64,000 nucleotides of DNA from an uncultured Acidimicrobiaceae bacterium (GTDB lineage Bacteria > Actinomycetota > Acidimicrobiia > Acidimicrobiales > Ilumatobacteraceae), in assembly GCA_937890395.1 (NCBI GenBank), contig CALACK010000062.1:1170-65169 (forward strand), in the 5' to 3' direction. Positions 54,688-64,000 of this stretch are shown piece after piece. Numbering within the stretch: position 1 is the first letter of the stretch; every line of letters starts with the position of its first letter. The translations under genes and the position numbers were made by a program. The notes below the pieces were generated by a model. That model was not told where the DNA came from. It was given only the letters and a program-made list of their open reading frames with translations, and made no database searches.

Positions 54688-55464
54688 ATGGGAATTCTTG
54701 ATGGGAAAAACATTGTCATATCCGGAGTGCTCACCGATGCTTCTTTAGCGTTTGGTGTTGCTCAACTAGCCCAGCGCGAAGGCGCACATATCGTTTTAAC
54801 TGGAGCAGGACGCGGTTTATCAATTACTGAGCGCACTGCCCGTAAGTTAGAAAAACCAGCGCCTGTAGTCGAATTTGATGTCACTGTTGATTCGCATGTT
54901 GAGAGCGCTCGCAATACTGTGAAACAGCACTTTGGTTCTTCTGGTCGCGTCGACGGAGTCTTGCACTCAATTGGCTTTGCACCAGCGGCTTGTCTAGGTG
55001 ATGATTTCATGGCTGCGACTTGGGCAGATGTTGCCGTGGCGATGCAAATTTCGGCGTATTCGTTGAAGACACTTGCAGAGTCATTTACTCCGTTGATGAC
55101 TAGTGGTGGCTCAATTGTGGGTCTCGATTTCGACAACACTGTCGCGTGGCCCGCCTACAACTGGATGGGCGTCGCCAAATCTGCACTTGAAAGTACAAAC
55201 AGATATTTAGCTAAGGCTCTTGGCGCCAAACAAATTCGATGCAACTTAATTGCTGCTGGTCCGATTCGTACGATGGCGGCAAAATCGATACCAACATTTG
55301 GGGCATTTGAAGATGTTTGGGCCGAACGTGCACCACTCGGGTGGGATGTAAATAATTCAAATAGTGTCGCGCGCAGTTGTGTAGCAATGCTCAGTGACTG
55401 GTTTCCTGCAACTACCGGAGAGATAGTGCATGTGGATGGCGGTTTCCACGCGATGGGTGCCTAA
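54688..55464 (+). CDS. fabI: NADH-dependent enoyl-ACP reductase, InhA type
   Basis: 258 aa. LDGKNIVISGVLTDASLAFGVAQLAQREGAHIVLTG, GVLHSIGF, the AYNWMGVAKSALES Tyr-x6-Lys pair and LSDWFPATTGEIVHVDGG are near-colinear with M. tuberculosis InhA (from memory). Confidence 0.9.
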   Translation: MGILDGKNIVISGVLTDASLAFGVAQLAQREGAHIVLTGAGRGLSITERTARKLEKPAPVVEFDVTVDSHVESARNTVKQHFGSSGRVDGVLHSIGFAPAACLGDDFMAATWADVAVAMQISAYSLKTLAESFTPLMTSGGSIVGLDFDNTVAWPAYNWMGVAKSALESTNRYLAKALGAKQIRCNLIAAGPIRTMAAKSIPTFGAFEDVWAERAPLGWDVNNSNSVARSCVAMLSDWFPATTGEIVHVDGGFHAMGA

Positions 55465-57060
55465 TTGAAAAAGAGATTTCAGCTACGAAAGTTTTTCGTT
55501 CACACAATCTCAGCGGTTCTGATTATCGTAAGTTTTCCGAACAAAACTTTCGCTTCAACAGAATCTGATCGAGCTAATCAAAACGAAGTCTCAACGCAAG
55601 TTGAGACATACGGTGTCGATGCTGGTTACGAAGCACAATGGGGATTACAGATCATTCATGCCAACGAAGTTTGGAGTGTCTCTACAGGCCGAAATGTTTT
55701 AGTCGCCGTAGTTGATTCGGGCTCTGGCCCCAACGCAGATCTCACGGCGAATCTTTCGCCAGGTCGTTCAATAATCCGTGGTCGAACGACTGACGGCGCA
55801 AACGATGTCGACCCAAATGGGCACGGAACCCATGTCGCTGGAATCATTGCGGCGCAGGCCAACAATGACATCGGCGTCGCGGGTGTCGCACCAGATGCAA
55901 AAATTCTTCCGATCAGAGTTCTTGACTCAAATGGTGACGGTTCAGAAGCTGACGTCGCTCTTGCTATTCGATACGCCGTTGAAGCTGGCGCGCGAGTGAT
56001 TAATCTTTCACTCGGCGGGATCGGACAAACCGAACAACTTCAAAGTGCGCTTCAATATGCTGCAGACAACAATATTCTTGTCGTAGCCGCCGCGGGCAAT
56101 GCTGGACCGAACGCAGGTATTACTTATCCTGCTGGAAACGATTTAACTTTGGCGGTTACTGCGACCGACCAAACTATGACTTCACCATCATTCGCCCAAC
56201 GCGGCAGTTATATCGATATAACGGCACCAGGAATTGGTATTTGCTCAACTATTCGTATCGGTTCTCGCGTTGACGCCACACGCAGTTGCGCTGCAGCGGG
56301 TGAACCCTACGTCACGATGAACGGCACATCAATGGCTACAGCATTTGTCAGCGGTGTTGCTGCTCTCGTCATCTCAGCCAACCCGACAATGACTGCGGTA
56401 CAAGTTCGCGAAGTGATTGTCGCGACAGCAACAGATATTGGCGCACCAGGTCGCGATGACACATTTGGTGCGGGACTTGTAAATGTTTATGCGATATTTA
56501 GGGCTCTCGGTTATTTTTCGAACGAAATTGCATACCCAACATTCTCGCCTTTGGGTCGAATGGGTGTCGAGATACTCGCCAACACTAAGCAGTTGCCGCC
56601 ATCAGAACGATTGCAGTGGTTCCGCTGTAGTTCACCTGGTGATGCCACAGTCGTAATACCAGTTGATTGTGTGACGATTGCGCGCGCACAAGAACTTCGA
56701 TACACACCGACTACTGCTGACCTTGGTCTGTTTCTGCGACTAGGAACCCTGATCACTCTCGGCGGAACCCCACAAATTAGATTTTCGGCAACGACCAAAA
56801 GGGTTACCGGAGTGTGGGCTTCGTCATCAGCAATCGAAACTGGCTCAACTATCACAATTAAGAATCTGATTGAAAGCGCATCAAACGGTAAACCAAGTTT
56901 GAAAATTATCTCCGGCCCATGTGCGATCAAGAACAAATCATCAGTTGTCTTCAATGAAATCGGCACGTGTCTGTTGCGCGTGAATTCTTCTGCTACAACT
57001 AAATACCCAAAACTAAGCAGCAAAGTATTAATTAATATCATCGAAAAAATTCAAGGGTGA
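55465..57060 (+). CDS. secreted S8 (subtilisin-family) serine peptidase with uncharacterised C-terminal domain
   Basis: 531 aa. The signal peptide is MKKRFQLRKFFVHTISAVLIIVSFPNKTFA/ST. The catalytic triad motifs are VAVVDSGSG, HGTHVAGIIAA and NGTSMATAFVSG. The TTG start directly abuts the fabI TAA. Confidence 0.88.
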   Translation: MKKRFQLRKFFVHTISAVLIIVSFPNKTFASTESDRANQNEVSTQVETYGVDAGYEAQWGLQIIHANEVWSVSTGRNVLVAVVDSGSGPNADLTANLSPGRSIIRGRTTDGANDVDPNGHGTHVAGIIAAQANNDIGVAGVAPDAKILPIRVLDSNGDGSEADVALAIRYAVEAGARVINLSLGGIGQTEQLQSALQYAADNNILVVAAAGNAGPNAGITYPAGNDLTLAVTATDQTMTSPSFAQRGSYIDITAPGIGICSTIRIGSRVDATRSCAAAGEPYVTMNGTSMATAFVSGVAALVISANPTMTAVQVREVIVATATDIGAPGRDDTFGAGLVNVYAIFRALGYFSNEIAYPTFSPLGRMGVEILANTKQLPPSERLQWFRCSSPGDATVVIPVDCVTIARAQELRYTPTTADLGLFLRLGTLITLGGTPQIRFSATTKRVTGVWASSSAIETGSTITIKNLIESASNGKPSLKIISGPCAIKNKSSVVFNEIGTCLLRVNSSATTKYPKLSSKVLINIIEKIQG

Positions 57061-57064
57061 ACCA

Positions 57065-59059
<1,995 letters not shown>

Positions 59060-59061
59060 TT

Positions 59062-59682
59062 TTACCACTTGCCAAAATGTGTGATCTGCGCTGGCGTGCG
59101 TCTCAAACGGCTCGCGCTCAAACCGCTAGCACTCGAACTATCACCACTGAGATCTTGAGTTCGTGGCCAACCAATCGCTACTGCACCGATCAGTTGTAAA
59201 TCTTTTGGCACGTTCAATAATTCTCGCAATTCTGTGTCACCAGAGAACACGGCGAAAAATAGAGCGCCTAGCCCAAGATCATGGGCAGCCAACAACAGCG
59301 TCATCGTTGCGAAAGATGCGTCAACTGTCCAATATGGAGTTGGCCAACTTGACTCACCCGCACCTAAACCTGTTGAAGATTTATCCGACTCGTTGTACCG
59401 CGCGACATAAGCCGACGAGTCAGCAAAAACTAACCCAATAACAGGTGCATCAAGTAAATGTTTCCATTTAAATGAAGAACGCTTTTTAGCCGGCAATGTT
59501 GTATCCCAAAACTTAGAAGTTTCACTATCTTGCAATACCAAAAGATGCCAACCTTGAGTTTTCCCTGCCGATGGCGCCCGCGATGCCAGTTCAACTATCC
59601 GTTCAACTAATTCTGGCGCAACTGGATCGTTGCGAAAAGATCGCACCATCTTGCGCGAGCGAACACAGTCCGCGAACTGCAC
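59062..59682 (-). CDS. nitroreductase-family flavoprotein
   Basis: 206 aa. RSFRNDPV...IVELASRAPSAGKTQGWH is the nitroreductase N-terminal FMN-binding pattern, with a C-terminal GAVAIGWP. Confidence 0.7.
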   Translation of the reverse strand: MQFADCVRSRKMVRSFRNDPVAPELVERIVELASRAPSAGKTQGWHLLVLQDSETSKFWDTTLPAKKRSSFKWKHLLDAPVIGLVFADSSAYVARYNESDKSSTGLGAGESSWPTPYWTVDASFATMTLLLAAHDLGLGALFFAVFSGDTELRELLNVPKDLQLIGAVAIGWPRTQDLSGDSSSASGLSASRLRRTPAQITHFGKW

Positions 59683-59692
59683 TACAAAACTC

Positions 59693-60349
59693 TTAGTGTT
59701 TGCCGAGCTTCAAAAGATTTTCGGTCATTGTCCAGCCATGCACCACGAGTACGCCAGCCTTCTTTGCCGAAACAGTCTTAAACATTGCATTAACTTCGGC
59801 AGGAGCCTTACCTGGTTTAAGCGATACAAAGTCCATAAATCCGCTTTGACCATTGCTCTTGATCACAAAAGATTGCTCGTCATAAGTTGATTCGCAGCCA
59901 AAGCGACGGGCCAGACGACGACCCCAAGCACGCTCTTCGCCGACCGCCTTGTGATCAGGTCGAGGAATCATTTCTGTGAGTGACTTAAAGGCCTCAAGCG
60001 CATCAGAGTCAACGAACCGTGACCCAACGACGACATCTTCGTCTGGAAACGCCATTAGAGCACGGTGATATGCCTCACCCATAAGGCCTTTTAGAATCTG
60101 ACCTCGTTTTGATGTCGGTTTGACGCTCAGCATGCCTAACAACACACACGGCGTGCCACCGATGCGCTCAAGCGTCGAGAACATGAAACCATGCAACTTG
60201 TCATCAAGTCGTGCACTGGCGAATAAAACCCAATCTTCTTTTGCTTTTGAAATTGCACCGATTCCGAATGAACCACCCATTGAGGCGAGTTCGTCAAGAT
60301 CAGTATCAACCAATTGTGAAGCATCTTTGGTCTTGACAACGAGCGACAT
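59693..60349 (-). CDS. hypothetical cytoplasmic protein (weak GNAT-like features)
   Basis: 218-aa ORF with no TM segment and no signal peptide. TSKRGQILKGLMGEAY is only loosely reminiscent of the GNAT acetyl-CoA loop. It is co-directional with dnaE and the nitroreductase. Confidence 0.4.
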   Translation of the reverse strand: MSLVVKTKDASQLVDTDLDELASMGGSFGIGAISKAKEDWVLFASARLDDKLHGFMFSTLERIGGTPCVLLGMLSVKPTSKRGQILKGLMGEAYHRALMAFPDEDVVVGSRFVDSDALEAFKSLTEMIPRPDHKAVGEERAWGRRLARRFGCESTYDEQSFVIKSNGQSGFMDFVSLKPGKAPAEVNAMFKTVSAKKAGVLVVHGWTMTENLLKLGKH

Positions 60350-60419
60350 AACACCTCTATTCTGCCAGCAAAAATGCCCAATTCCGATGGTGCGAAGTAA
60401 TTAACTGCAATAGAATTAT

Positions 60420-63400
60420 TTAACCGATATAAACGCTGTCACCGTAAGACGCACGAAGTCTTCCCATCACACGATCGATATCCACATTAAACTCATCAGG
60501 TAGTCGCAACGCTGTAGTACCGATGTGTAATTGAACTGGTGTATGCCCAGTATGCTCGCGCAATAAATCTCGCAACTCGTTGAGATCCTCTGGAGATGGT
60601 GAAACTCCTGGCAAGTCAATGTGTACGCTCAAATCACTCGCCCGCATTGGTTCAACAACTTGAATCTCTTGAGCATTGAACGCAATCAATGATTCATCTC
60701 GTCGGTCAAGTCGACCACGAACTAGAATGATCGTGTCTTCTTCAATCAAATGACCGTATTTTTCATAAGTTTTCGGAAACACCGTTACTTCAATTGAACC
60801 TTGCAAATCTTCAATCTTAAGGATTGCCATTTGTGCACCCTTGCGCGTGAACTTTCGGTCAACAGAAGTGATTACTCCGCCTAGTTTCAAGAATGCGCCA
60901 TCGGTCTTTTCTTCAAGATCAACTAACGAACACTCAACTCTTCTACGCAACTGGCCTTCGACTCCGCGCAATGGGTGATCAGAGACATACAGGCCGAGCA
61001 TTTCACGTTCAATTTTGAGTTGCTCTGACTTTTCATAATTGATTTGTGGTATTTCAATTCGCTCAGAAAAGCTCGAATTTGAACCATCATCATCGCCGAA
61101 AAGACTCATCACCCCTTGATCACGCTCACGCCGACGTAACAAAGTATTTTCAATTATCGGTTCGAAGACTGCAAGCAGTCCCTTGCGCGGATGGCCAAGC
61201 GAATCAAACGCACCGGCCTTGATCAAAGATTCAACTGTGCGTTTATTGAGAGTTGAAACTGGTGCACGGTCAGCAAAATCATAGAAAGAAGTGAATGGTT
61301 GATTATTGCGCCGATATTCGACCAAATTAGTTACAAGTGCCTCACCTACGTTTCGAATGGCCGACAAACCAAAACTTATAACTTTCTGGTCTCCATCAAT
61401 CACCGGAACAAAGTCAACTCCTGAAGTGTTGATATCTGGTGTTCGCACGACAATGTCACTAGCTCGAGCGTCGGCGAGAAATACTGCAGCACGGTCATAG
61501 TTCGCCTTGACGCTCGTCAATAAACATGCAATATATTCGACTGGATAATGAGCTTTGAGATACGCAGTTTGATATGAGAGAAAGCCGTAGCCGTATGCAT
61601 GGCTCTTACCAAATGCGTAGTCTGCGAAGTGCTCGATTGAATCAAAAAGTTTTTCGCCTAACACAGGACCGTACCCCATGTCAACGCAGCCACTCTCAAA
61701 ACTCACACGCTGTTTAGCCATATCGTCGCGATTCTTTTTGCCACAGGCCTTGCGCAAATCGTCCGCTTTTTCGAGGCTGTACCCCGCAAACTTTTGAGCA
61801 ACTCGCATCATGCTCTCTTGGTAAATCATTAATCCATATGTATCACCGAGCAACTCTTGAGCGTCTGGGTGAAACAACTCTGGCTGTTTGCGCCCATTCT
61901 TAAAATCTGCATAATCATTGTGCATATTTGCTGCCATTGGGCCTGGCCGATATAGCGCAACGATTGCCGCTAAATCATCTAGCGTGCTCGGCACCATACT
62001 GCGAACTAATGCACGAATGTTTGTTGACTCGAGCTGAAATACTCCAATGGTGTCACCGCGACGCAATAACTCAAAAGTCTTCTCATCGTCAAACAGAACT
62101 TTGTCAATATCAAAATCAGGATCACGCAATTCTTGGATCATTTTATTCGTATCTGTAATTACGTCCAAGTTTCTCAGACCGAGAATATCCATTTTCAAAA
62201 GACCAAGTTCTTCGACGGCATGCATTTCGTATTGCGTCACGATTGGTGCGAGTTCGGCGTCTTGACCCGATTCAGCTTTTCGTTGAATCGGCAAATACTG
62301 AGTGAGTTTTTCTTTTGTTATAACTACTGCCGCCGCATGAATACCAACATTTCTCTTTAAACCTTCAAGCCCGCGGGCAACATCTATCACTCGTTTTACA
62401 TCTGGATCGAGGTCGTACAGTGCTCGCAGTTCACTCGCTGCTTTGTACCCTGACAAATGCTTTTCATTTTCTTCAAAACAATATTTAAGAGGCGTATCGC
62501 GACCCATCACAACCGGTGGCATCAATTTGGCTATCTTGTCGCCTAACCCATAAGGGAATCCGAGAACTCTCGCTGCATCGCGCACCGAGTTACGCGCCTT
62601 AATCGTGCCGAAGGTAATAATCTGCGCAACATGATCACGACCATATTTTGCCGAGGCGTAGCGAATCATTTCATCGCGATATCGCGAGTCAAAGTCCATG
62701 TCGATATCGGGCATGCTGCGTCGCCCAGGATTCAAGAAGCGTTCAAAAAGCAAGTCGTAGCGAATTGGGTCAAGATCGGTGATTCGCAACGAATATGCAA
62801 CAGCACACCCTGCTGCCGAACCACGGCCGGGCCCGACGCGAATTGATTGCTCGCGTGCATAGCGAACAAGATCCCAAACAATCAAGAAATACGAGCTGAA
62901 GCCCATTGTTTTAATAGTTAAAAGTTCGTATGCAACACGTTCGACGACATCAGCCGGAAGTTTTTCACCCCACCGTTGTTTCGCGCCAAGCCATGTCAGA
63001 TGTTCTAGATATGCATGGTCATCTACGAACCCTTCAGGTATTGGAAAGTCAGGCAAAACTGGTACGCCGAAATCGATCTGTACTTTTGCACGCTCGGCGA
63101 TCCATAAAGTGTTGTCGCATGCAGTTATCTGCTCACGAAATAGCCAGCGCATCTCTTTTGCAGATTTCAAATAGTGCTCTTGACCCTCAAACTTCAAACG
63201 ATTCGGATCAGAGATAGTGCTGCCTGTTTGCACACACAACAAGGCGTCGTGAGAATGACTGTCATCGCGGTGGGTGTAATGACAGTCGTTTGTCGCTAGT
63301 AATGGTGCACCAATTTTTTTGCCGATCTCAATTAATTTCGGATTTGTTTCAATTTGTAACGGAATCCCATGATCTTGCAACTCGATAAAAAAATTATCTT

Positions 63401-63944
63401 TACCGAAAATATCTTGAAGCCGAGCAGCAGTTTTTAATGCCTCTTCTTCTTTACCGTTTTTAAGTGCTTGCAACACATGTCCACCCAGACAACCAGAAGT
63501 TGCGATCAAACCTTCGTGATATTTGGTTAGTAACTCCCAATCCATTCTTGGCTGGTAGTAATAGCCCTCGAGAAATGCCAGGCTGGCTAGTTGAATCAAA
63601 TTTTGATAGCCAGTGTTGTTCTCGGCGAGCAAAGTTAAGTGATAGTAAAGCTTTTTACCCGCTTCGGTATCACCTCCGCTGTCGTCTACTTTTCCGCGAC
63701 GAGTTGGGCGTTCTGTTCGTGTCTCATATGCCATGTAGGCCTCAGTCCCAATAATTGGCTTGACCCCACGTTTGGTGCACTCTTTATAAAAATCGATTAC
63801 ACCGTACATGTTGCCGTGATCGGTGATTCCTAAAGCTTTTTGCGAATCATTGACCGCACACTCAACAAGTTCGTCTAGGCGCGACGCACCATCAAGCATT
63901 GAGAATTCTGTGTGAACATGAAGATGAGTGAACGAATCACCCAT
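60420..63944 (-). CDS. dnaE: DNA polymerase III alpha subunit (DnaE1)
   Basis: 1174 aa with a PHP domain (HLHVHTEFSMLDG), polymerase core (PDIDMDF), HhH and a C-terminal OB fold. Confidence 0.97.
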   Translation of the reverse strand: MGDSFTHLHVHTEFSMLDGASRLDELVECAVNDSQKALGITDHGNMYGVIDFYKECTKRGVKPIIGTEAYMAYETRTERPTRRGKVDDSGGDTEAGKKLYYHLTLLAENNTGYQNLIQLASLAFLEGYYYQPRMDWELLTKYHEGLIATSGCLGGHVLQALKNGKEEEALKTAARLQDIFGKDNFFIELQDHGIPLQIETNPKLIEIGKKIGAPLLATNDCHYTHRDDSHSHDALLCVQTGSTISDPNRLKFEGQEHYLKSAKEMRWLFREQITACDNTLWIAERAKVQIDFGVPVLPDFPIPEGFVDDHAYLEHLTWLGAKQRWGEKLPADVVERVAYELLTIKTMGFSSYFLIVWDLVRYAREQSIRVGPGRGSAAGCAVAYSLRITDLDPIRYDLLFERFLNPGRRSMPDIDMDFDSRYRDEMIRYASAKYGRDHVAQIITFGTIKARNSVRDAARVLGFPYGLGDKIAKLMPPVVMGRDTPLKYCFEENEKHLSGYKAASELRALYDLDPDVKRVIDVARGLEGLKRNVGIHAAAVVITKEKLTQYLPIQRKAESGQDAELAPIVTQYEMHAVEELGLLKMDILGLRNLDVITDTNKMIQELRDPDFDIDKVLFDDEKTFELLRRGDTIGVFQLESTNIRALVRSMVPSTLDDLAAIVALYRPGPMAANMHNDYADFKNGRKQPELFHPDAQELLGDTYGLMIYQESMMRVAQKFAGYSLEKADDLRKACGKKNRDDMAKQRVSFESGCVDMGYGPVLGEKLFDSIEHFADYAFGKSHAYGYGFLSYQTAYLKAHYPVEYIACLLTSVKANYDRAAVFLADARASDIVVRTPDINTSGVDFVPVIDGDQKVISFGLSAIRNVGEALVTNLVEYRRNNQPFTSFYDFADRAPVSTLNKRTVESLIKAGAFDSLGHPRKGLLAVFEPIIENTLLRRRERDQGVMSLFGDDDGSNSSFSERIEIPQINYEKSEQLKIEREMLGLYVSDHPLRGVEGQLRRRVECSLVDLEEKTDGAFLKLGGVITSVDRKFTRKGAQMAILKIEDLQGSIEVTVFPKTYEKYGHLIEEDTIILVRGRLDRRDESLIAFNAQEIQVVEPMRASDLSVHIDLPGVSPSPEDLNELRDLLREHTGHTPVQLHIGTTALRLPDEFNVDIDRVMGRLRASYGDSVYIG

Positions 63945-64000
63945 TACAAATATGTTCCGGGGCGATCTCCTGGCTGTGTACTTGATGCTTCGCCTGATTG

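Overview
This window is a dense, almost spacer-free 64-kb block of core housekeeping genes from an Actinomycetota genome. The diagnostic content is mycothiol ligase MshC, actinobacterial integration host factor mIHF, the thrS-HIT-pgsA-acyltransferase-pimA phosphatidylinositol-mannoside cluster, an InhA-type FabI and an Fno/NpdG-type F420:NADPH oxidoreductase. On the minus strand the gene order is def-priA-metK-rpoZ-gmk-mihF-pyr operon-nusB-efp-pepP-aro operon-mltG-ruvX-alaS-rarA-aspS-hisS-relA-secFD-yajC-tgt-queA-ruvBAC-yebC-pdxTS. That order matches what I remember for Mycobacterium and Streptomyces. Base composition looks mid-40s %GC by eye (not computed). Most spacers are under 70 nt and many neighbouring genes overlap by 1-4 nt, so this looks like a streamlined actinobacterium. 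I call 60 CDS: 45 consecutive minus-strand genes from 1 to 46313, and only four genes on the plus strand. I also call one PyrR-binding leader RNA, two promoter candidates, one conspicuous stem-loop and several short tandem-repeat arrays. I see no rRNA, tRNA, CRISPR array, transposase, integrase, phage or toxin-antitoxin genes. I did not find a convincing novel multi-gene system; this is an ordinary core region. The items worth a second look are small-scale. (1) Tandem repeats of 9-13 bp period recur in the few real spacers and, in frame, inside mihF, yajC and the pimA 5-prime end. (2) A GTCTAG-containing motif and an exact 11-mer are shared between spacers upstream of hisS and relA. (3) A stem-loop fills the secF-relA gap. 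(4) priA, and possibly aroE, have conserved N-terminal codons lying upstream of any canonical start codon. (5) Accessory genes interrupt the conserved synteny: a DUF2079-like membrane protein, DUF3048-HtpX-LemA, an opposite-strand luciferase-like oxidoreductase inside the PIM cluster, and a redox/protease islet from mshC to dnaE. All functional calls rest on motif recognition and remembered family signatures; no database search was possible.
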